The position numbers and the translations under genes are program-made. From positions 1 to 36,699 of the forward strand of contig JBDLKA010000025.1 in assembly GCA_039714075.1 (NCBI GenBank): DNA of 36,699 nt, written 5' to 3'. Source of the stretch: Candidatus Krumholzibacteriota bacterium (GTDB lineage Bacteria > Krumholzibacteriota > Krumholzibacteriia > LZORAL124-64-63). Below are positions 9,101-18,119 of this stretch, piece by piece (the first letter of the stretch is position 1; each line of letters opens with the position of its first letter). The notes below the pieces were generated by a model that was not told where the DNA came from, made no database searches, and worked only from the letters and a program-made list of their open reading frames with translations.

Positions 9101-9128
9101 AATATTCTACGGTTTTTTGGAGAATATT
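9101..9128. promoter_or_regulatory. Candidate enhancer (bEBP-binding) inverted repeat
   Basis: Perfect 8-bp arms AATATTCT-N12-AGAATATT, about 70-95 bp upstream of the -24 element. Confidence 0.5.
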
Positions 9129-9176
9129 CTTCAATGAATTTGCCCCAAATGACCTCGTTTTCCATAAATGGTTAAA

Positions 9177-9189
9177 ATACAACAAGTTA
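9177..9189 (+). promoter_or_regulatory. IHF-like site
   Basis: ATACAACAAGTTA matches the CAA-N4-TTR core of the IHF consensus and sits between the enhancer and the sigma54 site. Confidence 0.5.
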
Positions 9190-9194
9190 AAATC

Positions 9195-9210
9195 GGGCAT
9201 AATTCCTGCC
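9195..9210 (+). promoter_or_regulatory. Sigma54 -24/-12 promoter of the cus operon
   Basis: GGGCATAATTCCTGCC has GG(9196-97)-N10-GC(9208-09), about 30 nt before the TolC start, and is divergent from a bEBP operon. Confidence 0.65.
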
Positions 9211-9240
9211 TTTTGGAGCCCAAGCAAGAAAGGCGCGCCC

Positions 9241-10608
9241 GTGAAAAACCTGATCCCTCTGCAGGAGTATTTCAAACCCCTGGTTCCTCTGCTGTTCCTG
9301 GGGATTTTCCTGTGTCCCGGAAATTCCCTGGCCGAGGCCGGGGACCAAACCGCATTTCCAGCCGATCCCGGGCTCACCGATTACCTGGCCTGGGCCGCGG
9401 ACCACAATCCCGCCGTGGCCGGGGCGGCCGGCAGGATGGAGGCCCTGCGGCACGGCGCCGCAAGCGCGGGGGCCCTGCCCGATCTCCGGTTCGGCTGGGG
9501 AGAAATGATCGTGCCGGTGGAAACCCGGGTCGGTCCCCAGCAGAGGATTTTTTCCCTCAGTCAAACCATTCCCTGGTTCGGCACCCTGGGACTGAAGGAA
9601 ACGGTGGCCGGCAAGCAGGCCGACGCGGCCGCCGAGGCGGTCCGGGGACACTTGTTGAAGGTGCACCACCGGGTTCGGGCCGCCTGGTTCGATCTGGCCT
9701 ACCTGCAGGGGGAAATCGCCATCATCGCGGACAACCTGGCCCTGGCCCGGCAGGCCGAAGCTTCCTCCCGATCTTCCTACGAAGCCGGGGTCGGTTCTTT
9801 CGGTGATGTCCTGGCCGCGCAGATCGATGTGGAACAGCTGGCGGTCCGCCTGACGGGCCTGCGGGACAGGGTCAGGCCCGTGACGGCGCGGTTGAATTTG
9901 GCCACGGGTCTGGACGCCGGTTACCCGACCCCGGCCGCCAAGGCAGCCACCCGGGTAAACCTGGAGTTCGATCTGCCCCCGGATCCGGTTCTGTGGACCA
10001 TGCTCGAGGATAACAACCCGGATCTGGCCGAGCTGCGGCTGGAACGGGAAGGCCGCCGCCAGGGGGTCGATCTGGCCGGCAAGGCGTCTTACCCCGGACT
10101 GACCCTCGGGGTGGACTACATCATGACCGGTCCGTCGGCAATGGAGGGCATAGACGATAACGGCAAGGACCCGGTGATCGCCCGGCTGGGAATCAGCATT
10201 CCCCTGTGGGGCGGCAGGGCGGGGGCGGAAAAGAAGACTTCGGCCGGCCGTCTGGCGGCGGCCGGCGCCGACCTGGCCGACGCGCGGCTGCAATTGAACG
10301 CGAGCTTCGAAAACGCCTTGTACGACTGGCGCGAGGCCGGGCGCAACGCGGAACTCTACGGCGGGGTGCTGCTGGACAGCGGGCGCCAGGCCCTGGAGGT
10401 CACGGCGGCCCGGTACCGGTCCGGCCAGGCGTCCTACGTTGATTTGGTTGCCGCTCGCAAGACATTGTTGGGACTCGAGTTGGCTCATCTGCGGGCGGTT
10501 TCCGACCGCAATCATGCCCTGAATGATTTGGCGACCCTGCTGGGGGTCCCGCTGGCAGAACTGAGACAACGGGGCACCGGAGGCTCCAACCCGGGAAGGG
10601 AATCATGA
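9241..10608 (+). CDS. TolC-family outer-membrane efflux protein (CusC-like)
   Basis: Signal peptide; HNP...LPD...SQTIPWFG; two OEP repeats (NNPDL...YPGL...SIPLW); ATGA-coupled to the adaptor gene. Confidence 0.9.
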   Translation: MKNLIPLQEYFKPLVPLLFLGIFLCPGNSLAEAGDQTAFPADPGLTDYLAWAADHNPAVAGAAGRMEALRHGAASAGALPDLRFGWGEMIVPVETRVGPQQRIFSLSQTIPWFGTLGLKETVAGKQADAAAEAVRGHLLKVHHRVRAAWFDLAYLQGEIAIIADNLALARQAEASSRSSYEAGVGSFGDVLAAQIDVEQLAVRLTGLRDRVRPVTARLNLATGLDAGYPTPAAKAATRVNLEFDLPPDPVLWTMLEDNNPDLAELRLEREGRRQGVDLAGKASYPGLTLGVDYIMTGPSAMEGIDDNGKDPVIARLGISIPLWGGRAGAEKKTSAGRLAAAGADLADARLQLNASFENALYDWREAGRNAELYGGVLLDSGRQALEVTAARYRSGQASYVDLVAARKTLLGLELAHLRAVSDRNHALNDLATLLGVPLAELRQRGTGGSNPGRES

Positions 10609-12428
10609 ACGGAAACATCCTGAGACGAAATTGGCCCGTGGCGGTTTTGCTGGTCGCGGCCTTCGGCCTGGGGTTCCTTCTGCGTGGAGGTGGGGACGGC
10701 GGGGAACCGGACGACTCGAAAACAGCCCTGCCGGAAGTCGCCGCGCCCCAGCGTTGGACCTGCTCCATGCATCCCCAGATCATTCTGCCGACCAACGATC
10801 AGAAATGCCCCATCTGCTTCATGGATCTGATTCCCCTGGAGGAGGAATCGGGGGCCCACGTGGCTCCGGGCGACCTTTCGCTGAGCGAAGCGGCCGCGGC
10901 CCTGGCCGATATCGCCACCGATAAGGTGCGCCGCGAATTCGTGGCCCGGGAAATCCGTCTGGTGGGCAAGGTCAGCGCGGACGAGACCCGCACCCGCACC
11001 ATCACCGCGCGCGTGGGTGGTCGGTTGGACCGGCTTTTTGTCGACGCCACCGGGCAGACGGTCACCCGCGGGATGGAGCTGGCGGAAATCTACAGTCCGG
11101 AATTGTATTCGGCGCAAGCCGAACTCCAGACCGCGGCGGGGGCTTTGGCTGCCGCCGAGAAGGCGGGCGCGGCCACGGCCGGCGCCCGGGCCAACCTCAG
11201 GTCCGCGGCGGAAAGACTGCGGTTGTGGGGGATGGACGAACAGCAGATCCAGGCGATCATGGCCGGCGAGGGTATCAGTGATCACCTGGTGGTGCGGGCC
11301 CCCGTCGGCGGTGTGGTCGTGTCCCGGCAGGCGACCCAGGGGGACTATGTGAAAACCGGCGGCATCCTCTACACCATCGCCGACCTTTCGGGTGTCTGGG
11401 TCACCCTCGACGCCTTCGAATCGGACGTGGCCTGGCTGCGCGAGGACCAGCCCGTGGCGTTCACCGCGCGGGCCTATCCCGGCAGGGAGTTCCAGGGCGA
11501 CATTCTTTTCATAGATCCGGTCCTGGATGAACGGACACGCACGGTCGAGATCCGCGTCGCGGTGGACAACACCGCCGGCCTGCTCAAGCCGGGCATGCTG
11601 GTCACCGGCCGGGTGTCGGTCACGGTCGATGCCTACGGCAATCCGGTGGTCGATCCCGAAACCGCCGTTCCGCCCCTGGTCATTCCCGCGTCGGCGCCGC
11701 TGTTGACGGGTGACCGGGCTGTCGTCTATGTGCGGCTGCCCGGCAACGGGGATCCCGTCTTCACCGGGCGCAACGTGGTGCTCGGGCCCCGGGCGGGCGA
11801 CGTCTACTTCGTGGTCTCGGGTCTGTCCGAGGGCGAGTCGGTGGTGACGCGGGGCAATTTCAAGATCGACAGTGCCCTGCAGATCCAGGCCCGGACCAGC
11901 ATGATGAATCCCGCCGGGCATGAAGCCCTGAACGGTTTGGCCCCCCTGGAACCCGGTCCTTGCTTCGGCCAGGGCCTCAAAAAGGTTCTTCAGGCCTACT
12001 ATCCCCTGCAGACGGCCCTGGCGGCCGACGATGACGCCGCCGCCAGGGCGGCCGCGGGTGAGGTCAAAGCCGCGGCAGACAACCTGGACTGCGATACTGC
12101 GGATCTTCCCCGATCCGGCGCCGAACTCTGGTCACGGCTGGAGACCGCCCTGCGGGACGCGGCGGGCAGGACCGCGTCCGCGGACAACATCGCCCGGCGC
12201 CGCCAAGCCTTCGAATCCCTCTCGGACAATCTCTGGAACGCCCTGGCCCGGTTCGGCGCCGGTTCGGGAGAAACCGTGCGCCGGTTCCACTGTCCCATGG
12301 CTTTCGACAACGACGGAGCATTCTGGATTCAGCAGGAGAAAACCACCGCCAACCCCTACTACGGGGCCATGATGCTGCGGTGCGGTTCGCAGGAGGAAGT
12401 CCTGGGCGGCGAAGGCGGGGGCTCCTGA
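10605..12428 (+). CDS. cusB: Heavy-metal RND periplasmic adaptor with N-terminal metal-binding domain and C-terminal DUF3347
   Basis: WTCSMHPQI...CPICFMDL; IYSPEL; ADLSGVW; LKPGM; C-terminal HCPMA...NPYYGAMMLRCG. Confidence 0.88.
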   Translation: MNGNILRRNWPVAVLLVAAFGLGFLLRGGGDGGEPDDSKTALPEVAAPQRWTCSMHPQIILPTNDQKCPICFMDLIPLEEESGAHVAPGDLSLSEAAAALADIATDKVRREFVAREIRLVGKVSADETRTRTITARVGGRLDRLFVDATGQTVTRGMELAEIYSPELYSAQAELQTAAGALAAAEKAGAATAGARANLRSAAERLRLWGMDEQQIQAIMAGEGISDHLVVRAPVGGVVVSRQATQGDYVKTGGILYTIADLSGVWVTLDAFESDVAWLREDQPVAFTARAYPGREFQGDILFIDPVLDERTRTVEIRVAVDNTAGLLKPGMLVTGRVSVTVDAYGNPVVDPETAVPPLVIPASAPLLTGDRAVVYVRLPGNGDPVFTGRNVVLGPRAGDVYFVVSGLSEGESVVTRGNFKIDSALQIQARTSMMNPAGHEALNGLAPLEPGPCFGQGLKKVLQAYYPLQTALAADDDAAARAAAGEVKAAADNLDCDTADLPRSGAELWSRLETALRDAAGRTASADNIARRRQAFESLSDNLWNALARFGAGSGETVRRFHCPMAFDNDGAFWIQQEKTTANPYYGAMMLRCGSQEEVLGGEGGGS

Positions 12429-12429
12429 C

Positions 12430-15400
12430 ATGTCGGATACCCGCAACCCGACCACCGGCTTGGTGGGTAGACTGGTCGGTTTCTGTCTGGACAACAAGCT
12501 GATCGTATTGCTGCTGGTCGTTTTGTTTCTCGGCTGGGGCGTCGTTGTGTCCCCCTTCGACTGGGAAGCCGGACCGCTGCCCAGGGATCCGGTGCCGGTG
12601 GATGCCATTCCCGACCTCGGGGAGAACCAGCAGATCGTCTTCACCGAATGGGCGGGCCGTTCGCCCCAGGACGTCGAGGACCAGATCACCTATCCCCTGA
12701 CCGTGGCGCTGCTCGGGCTGCCCCAGGTCCGGACCGTGCGCAGTTATTCCTACTTCGGCTTCTCGACCATCTACATCATTTTCGAGGAAAAGGCCGACTT
12801 CTACGATTCGCGCTCGCGCATTCTGGAGAAACTGGGGAGCCTGCCGGGCGGAACCCTTCCCCAGGGAGTCAGCCCCGCGCTGGGACCCGACGCCACGGCC
12901 CTGGGACAGGTCTTCTGGTACACCCTCGAAGGCCGCGACCGGCAGGGGCGGGCCACCGGCGGCTGGGACCTGGCCGAATTGCGCACCATCCAGGATTTCT
13001 ACGTGCGGGACGCCCTGCTGGCGGCCGGGGGCGTGGCCGAAGTGGCTTCGGTGGGCGGTTTCCAGAAGGAATACCAGGTCGAAGTCGATCCGGACGCCCT
13101 GCGCCTGTACGAAGTCGGCCTGGCCCAGGTCACGCGGGCGGTGGCCGAATCGAATCGTGACGTGGGCGCGCGGTCCCTGGAAATCAACCGGGTGGAGTAT
13201 GTGGTTCGCGGCGTGGGGACCATCGAGGACGTCACCGATCTCGAGATGAGCGTCATCAAGACGGTGGACAACGTGCCGGTCCTGCTGCGGGACGTGGCCA
13301 ACGTCACAGTTGGTCCCGCCCTGCGGCGCGGTGCCCTGGACAAGGAAGGATCCGAGGCCGTCGGCGGCGTGGTGGTGGTGCGCTACGGAGAAAATCCGCT
13401 GGCGGTGATCAACCGGGTGAAGGAAAAGATCGCCGAAATCTCGCCGGGGCTTCCGCGCAAGACCCTTCCCGGAGGGACCGAATCCCAGGTGACCGTCGTA
13501 CCTTTCTATGACCGCACCGGTCTGATCCACGAAACCCTGGGCACGTTGAGCGAAGCCCTCGGCCTGGAAATCCTCATCACGGTCATCGTCGTCATCGTCA
13601 TGGTGCGCAACCTGCGCGGCGGTCTGTTGGTGGCCGGCCTGCTGCCCATGGCGGTGCTGATGGTCTTCGTGGCCATGAAGGTTTTCGGGGTCGAGGCGAA
13701 CATCGTTGCGCTATCGGGAATCGCCATCGCCATCGGGACGATCGTCGACATGGGCGTGATCCTGGTGGAGAACATCCTCGCCCGCCACGAAAGGGCTTTG
13801 AAGAACCGGGAGTCCGGTGAAGAGGCGCCCTCTCTGCGCGACAACATTCACTCCGCGGCCAGTGAAGTGGGGGGCGCGGTCGTGACGGCCGTGACCACGA
13901 CGATCCTCAGCTTCCTGCCCGTTTTCACCCTGGTGGCGGCCGAAGGCAAACTCTTCCGGCCCCTGGCTTTCACGAAGACCTTCGCTCTATTCGCATCGGT
14001 CCTGATCGCTTTGGTGGTGATCCCTCCGGTGGCCCACCTGCTGTTGAAAATCCGTGTGGGCAACGTGTCCGCGCCCGCTCTCCGGCCGGTTCCCTGGTGG
14101 CGCCGGAAGTACCTGCGGAACATCATCCTGGCCGTGGCCGCGGGCGTCGTCCTGGCGGGACGGTGGCTACCCCTGGGTGCGGAGCGGAGCCTGGTCGTGA
14201 ACGCCCTGTTCGTCCTGATCGCCACCGGAGGTGTCCTGGGATTGTTTCTGGGCTTCGCCCGGATCTACCCGCGGCTGCTGGCCTGGTGCCTGGACCACCG
14301 GCGGGTCTTTCTGGTCCTCCCGGCCCTGTTGATCCTCTGGGGCAGTCTGGCGTGGTTGGGATTCGATCGCGTTTTTGCTTTCCTGCCTGGCGCCGGCACG
14401 GAACCGGACGGATCCGCCTGGGCGAAAATATGGTCGGGGCCCCGGCACGAATTTCCCGGGTTGGGCAAGGAGTTCATGCCTGATCTGGATGAAGGATCGT
14501 TCCTGTACATGCCGACGACCATGCCCCACGCCTCGATCGGCGAGGCCCGAGACGTCCTTTCCAAACTGGACATGGCCATCGCCACGATACCCGAAGTGGA
14601 CCAGGTGGTCGGCAAGCTGGGGAGGGCGCGCTCGGCCCTCGACCCGGCGCCCATTTCCATGGTCGAAACGGTGATCAACTACAAATCCGAGTACCGGCTG
14701 AACGAAAAGGGCCGGCGCCAACGCTTCCGGTTCGACCGGGACGCGGGGGTCTTCCTGAAGGACGAGCGGGGTGAGCTGATTCCCGACCGGCGCGGCCGTT
14801 TCTACCGGCAATGGCGGGACGAGATCCGCAGCGCCGACGATATCTGGGGCGAGATCGTGCGGGCCGCCAAGCTGCCTGGCACCACTTCGGCGCCCAAGCT
14901 GCAGCCCATCGGCGCGCGCCTGGTGATGCTGCAGAGCGGCATGCGGGCCCCGATGGGGGTGAAGGTCAAAGGGCCCAGCCTGGAGGCCATCGAAGCGGCG
15001 GCCATGGACATCGAACGGCACCTCAAGGACGTGCCCGAGGTGGAGGCGACCACGGTCATCGCCGACCGGGTGGTGGGCAAACCCTATCTCGAATTGAATA
15101 TCGACCGGCACGCCATCGCCCGGCATGGGCTGACCGTAGACGATGTCCAAAGGGTGATTCAGACAGCCATCGGCGGCGTCACCGCCACCACCAGCATCGA
15201 GGGCCGGGAGAGGTTCGCCGTCCAGGTGCGTTACGCCCGCGAGCGCCGCGACGATCTGGAAGAGATCCGGCGCATCCTGGTGACCGGTCCCGACGGCGTC
15301 CACGTGCCCCTGGGCGACCTGGTGGACATCGCATACGTGCGCGGGCCGATGACCATCAAGAGCGAGGACACCTTTCTTGTCGGGTACGTCATCTTCGACC

Positions 15401-16134
15401 GCAAACCGGGCCGGGCCGAGGTGGACGTGGTGCAGGCGGCCCGCAACCATCTGAACATGTTGACCGCGAGCGGAGCCCTGTCCCTGGCGCCGGGCGTGAG
15501 CTATTCGTTCGCCGGCAGCTTCGAAAACCAGGTCCGGTCGGAAAAGACCCTCGCGGTGGTGCTGCCGGTCGCTTTGCTGCTCATCTTCCTGGTCCTGTAC
15601 CTGCAGTTTCGCTCCGTGCTGACCACCGCGATGGTGTTCGCGGGCGTGTTCGTGGCCTGGGCCGGCGGGTTCGTGATGGTCTGGCTCTACGGCCAGCCGT
15701 GGTTTTTGGACTTCTCGTTCCTGGGGGCTTCCCTGCGGGATCTGTTCCACATCCAGCCGGTGAACCTGAGCGTGGCGGTGTGGGTGGGTTTCCTGGCCCT
15801 GTTCGGAATCGCCACGGACGACGGCGTGCTGATGGCCACCTATATGGATCTGACCTTCGCCCGGAAGCGCCCGGCCACCCGGGCGGACATCAGGCGGGCC
15901 ACCGTGGCGGCCGCCACCCGCAGGGTCCGTCCCGCCCTGATGACCTCGGCCACCACCATCCTGGCCCTGATGCCCGTGCTGACTTTGACCGGGCGCGGTG
16001 CCGACATCATGATTCCCATGGCGATTCCCTCGGTGGGCGGCATGCTCATCGCGCTGCTTACCCTGTTCACGGTTCCGGTGTTATATTCGCTGCGCGAAGA
16101 AAGGCGACACACCCAACACGCGGAGCAGGAATGA
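12430..16134 (+). CDS. cusA: CusA-type heavy-metal efflux RND permease (Cu+/Ag+)
   Basis: DAIPDLGENQ; GRSPQDVEDQITYPL; LGPDATALG; FRPLAFTKT. The Met triad equivalents LYMP (14509), ISMVET (14659) and LVMLQSG (14926) are present. Confidence 0.93.
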   Translation: MSDTRNPTTGLVGRLVGFCLDNKLIVLLLVVLFLGWGVVVSPFDWEAGPLPRDPVPVDAIPDLGENQQIVFTEWAGRSPQDVEDQITYPLTVALLGLPQVRTVRSYSYFGFSTIYIIFEEKADFYDSRSRILEKLGSLPGGTLPQGVSPALGPDATALGQVFWYTLEGRDRQGRATGGWDLAELRTIQDFYVRDALLAAGGVAEVASVGGFQKEYQVEVDPDALRLYEVGLAQVTRAVAESNRDVGARSLEINRVEYVVRGVGTIEDVTDLEMSVIKTVDNVPVLLRDVANVTVGPALRRGALDKEGSEAVGGVVVVRYGENPLAVINRVKEKIAEISPGLPRKTLPGGTESQVTVVPFYDRTGLIHETLGTLSEALGLEILITVIVVIVMVRNLRGGLLVAGLLPMAVLMVFVAMKVFGVEANIVALSGIAIAIGTIVDMGVILVENILARHERALKNRESGEEAPSLRDNIHSAASEVGGAVVTAVTTTILSFLPVFTLVAAEGKLFRPLAFTKTFALFASVLIALVVIPPVAHLLLKIRVGNVSAPALRPVPWWRRKYLRNIILAVAAGVVLAGRWLPLGAERSLVVNALFVLIATGGVLGLFLGFARIYPRLLAWCLDHRRVFLVLPALLILWGSLAWLGFDRVFAFLPGAGTEPDGSAWAKIWSGPRHEFPGLGKEFMPDLDEGSFLYMPTTMPHASIGEARDVLSKLDMAIATIPEVDQVVGKLGRARSALDPAPISMVETVINYKSEYRLNEKGRRQRFRFDRDAGVFLKDERGELIPDRRGRFYRQWRDEIRSADDIWGEIVRAAKLPGTTSAPKLQPIGARLVMLQSGMRAPMGVKVKGPSLEAIEAAAMDIERHLKDVPEVEATTVIADRVVGKPYLELNIDRHAIARHGLTVDDVQRVIQTAIGGVTATTSIEGRERFAVQVRYARERRDDLEEIRRILVTGPDGVHVPLGDLVDIAYVRGPMTIKSEDTFLVGYVIFDRKPGRAEVDVVQAARNHLNMLTASGALSLAPGVSYSFAGSFENQVRSEKTLAVVLPVALLLIFLVLYLQFRSVLTTAMVFAGVFVAWAGGFVMVWLYGQPWFLDFSFLGASLRDLFHIQPVNLSVAVWVGFLALFGIATDDGVLMATYMDLTFARKRPATRADIRRATVAAATRRVRPALMTSATTILALMPVLTLTGRGADIMIPMAIPSVGGMLIALLTLFTVPVLYSLREERRHTQHAEQE

Positions 16135-16883
16135 AACTCATCTCATGGAACGTGAACGGCCTACGGGCCTGTATCGGCAAGGGCTTTTTCGATTTCGCGG
16201 CCGGCAGTGACGCCGACGTGATCTGTCTGCAGGAGGTCCGTGCGCTGCCGGAACAGGTGGATTTCGACCTGCCCGGATACACGATGATCTGGAATCCCGC
16301 CCTGAAGAGGGGCTACTCGGGAACCGCCCTGTTGACCCGCGAGACCCCGCGGGCGGTGTTCCCCGGTATGGGGTTGGCCGACCTGGACACCGAAGGCCGG
16401 GTCCTGACCGCGGAGTTCGACGACTATTTCCTGGCCACCGTCTACACGCCCAACGCCCAGCGCGAACTGACCCGCCTGGACTATCGGGAAAACCAGTGGG
16501 ACGTGCAGTTCCTGAAATTCGTGCGGCGCCTGGAAAAAACCAAACCGGTGGTTTTCTGCGGCGACCTCAATGTCGCCCACAAGGAGATCGACCTGGCCAA
16601 CCCCGGATCCAACCGGGGCAACGCGGGATTCACCGACGAGGAGCGCGCGGGCTTCGACCGGATCCTGGCCGCGGGTTTCATCGACACCTTCCGGGAATTC
16701 GAAACCGGTGGCGGGCACTACACCTGGTGGAGCAACCGCAAGGGAGTCCGCGAAAGGAACGTCGGCTGGCGCATCGATTATTTCCTGATCTCAGAAATTC
16801 TCCGGCCCCGGTTGGCCGCCGCCGGGATCCTCGCCGGGGTCCTGGGGTCCGACCATTGTCCCATCACCCTGGATCTCATTTGA
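16131..16883 (+). CDS. xth: Exodeoxyribonuclease III / AP endonuclease
   Basis: MKLISWNVNGLRA; CLQE; GYSG; VYTPN; GDLNVAH; GWRIDY; SDHCP. The true start is ATG 16131, overlapping the cusA TGA. Confidence 0.95.
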   Translation: MKLISWNVNGLRACIGKGFFDFAAGSDADVICLQEVRALPEQVDFDLPGYTMIWNPALKRGYSGTALLTRETPRAVFPGMGLADLDTEGRVLTAEFDDYFLATVYTPNAQRELTRLDYRENQWDVQFLKFVRRLEKTKPVVFCGDLNVAHKEIDLANPGSNRGNAGFTDEERAGFDRILAAGFIDTFREFETGGGHYTWWSNRKGVRERNVGWRIDYFLISEILRPRLAAAGILAGVLGSDHCPITLDLI

Positions 16884-17828
16884 ATCGTAGGGGTGCACCG
16901 GCTCCTCCGGCCAGGGTTGCAGCAACCGGAAGTCGTCACCGAACTGTCCCAGGAATTCCAGGCTCAGAAACTTGGCCAGGGTGTGCAGGGGCAGCGTGAT
17001 CACGGTGCCGATGTAGGGGATGGCCATCAGGATCAAACCGATGCAGCAGGTCAGCAGACCACCGGCCAGATACAGGATGCCGCCGACCACCACGATGCCG
17101 AAATAGAACAGGCCGAACAGGACAAAACTTCCGGGGTGCTCCTTGAACAGGGGCAGGAACCGCCGCCAGGCTTCGGTGGCGGAAATCCGGTGGCGGTACA
17201 TGATGGGCACCACGAACTGGGTCAGGAAAAATTCAACGAACACCAGAGTGGTGATGAGGACGAACATGGCGGTCCCCGCCAGGATGATCAAGGGAACCGT
17301 GGCGACCGGGGGAGTGTCGAGAGCCGCCAGGGGAACGAGCAGCATCAGGCCGCCGACAAACAGGGATCCGATGACCACGAATACAATGATCGAATAGACG
17401 ACCTGCCAGAGAAACAGACTGTCGCCCTGGCTTTGGAATTCCGTCCAGGGGGCTTTGACCTCGGTCCGGGTGTGGACCAGGTTGTCCAGGAACATGAACC
17501 TTCCCCGGCTGCTGATCCACAGCACGAGCAGTCCGATCGCAATAACCCCCAGCATAATCATGCCGGCCAGCAGGAGCGCCCAGGGGTGGCTGAAGACATC
17601 CCCCAGAAAATCAAGGCCTCCGCCGTACCAATCGCGGACCTGGGATTTGTTCAAGTCCTCGGAGATCCGTAATTGTTCGGAGGCGCTTCCTGAGGACCCC
17701 CCGGCCAGATCGGCCAGCCACGCGGTGAAGCCCAGCACGAACCACTTGCCCAGGTCGAAGGGTTGAAAAAGGAAGGCTTTCATGCGGTGCCAGGCATGGT
17801 CCAGGGGTTTGGAATACGAGATCTGCAT
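16791..17828 (-). CDS. Polytopic membrane protein (tentatively DUF7544-like)
   Basis: About six hydrophobic segments; AWHRMKAFLFQPFDLGKW; FVVPIMY; TCC; acidic Pro/Gly-rich tail overlapping xth. Confidence 0.75.
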   Translation of the reverse strand: MQISYSKPLDHAWHRMKAFLFQPFDLGKWFVLGFTAWLADLAGGSSGSASEQLRISEDLNKSQVRDWYGGGLDFLGDVFSHPWALLLAGMIMLGVIAIGLLVLWISSRGRFMFLDNLVHTRTEVKAPWTEFQSQGDSLFLWQVVYSIIVFVVIGSLFVGGLMLLVPLAALDTPPVATVPLIILAGTAMFVLITTLVFVEFFLTQFVVPIMYRHRISATEAWRRFLPLFKEHPGSFVLFGLFYFGIVVVGGILYLAGGLLTCCIGLILMAIPYIGTVITLPLHTLAKFLSLEFLGQFGDDFRLLQPWPEEPVHPYDSNEIQGDGTMVGPQDPGEDPGGGQPGPENF

Positions 17829-18033
17829 GGGGTCACCGGTCCGCGATTTTTCGGGTCCTGGGGGAAAATTCCCGAAGTTCCGTCACCGTACACCGGACGG
17901 AACCGGAATATTCTCGCAAACTTATGGCATAAGGTAAACAGCCCAGAGTATTTCTTCCCAATCAGGTAGATGTATTTGAAAAAACATACGCAACTCGTTG
18001 TGGTATCAGGGATTTTGTCGCAACAAAAATATT

Positions 18034-18061
18034 TTGACACCATTAATAAATTACCTACCAT
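18034..18061 (+). promoter_or_regulatory. Sigma70-type promoter of the porin-flavinylation operon
   Basis: TTGACA-N16-TACCAT within an AT-rich patch, about 60 nt before the porin ATG. Confidence 0.6.
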
Positions 18062-18119
18062 TCGGGTGGGATTGGTGCGGCGTCCAGCCGAAAACCCACT
18101 TACCGGAGGTCCCGGGACC

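Noticed and set aside
14811..16130. 440-aa N-terminal extension of xth in the ORF track (apparent 690-aa fusion)
   Set aside because: Arg/Gly/Pro-rich off-frame read of cusA; the ExoIII N-terminus MKLISWNVNG and its RBS begin at 16131.
17850..17905. TCGGG...GGGGAAAATTCCCGA, resembling the start of an FMN riboswitch upstream of a flavin operon
   Set aside because: The following conserved elements (CCGGTGG, AGTCC, CCGACAGT, GGATG) are absent, and the site lies upstream of the predicted promoter. An Infernal RF00050 search would settle it.
17970..18119. Longer starts in the ORF track (porin 17970; likewise 2128, 4611, 9165, 20458, 29132, 31017, 31694)
   Set aside because: The extensions run through promoters or neighbouring genes; downstream starts have an RBS or stop-start coupling and proper N-termini.
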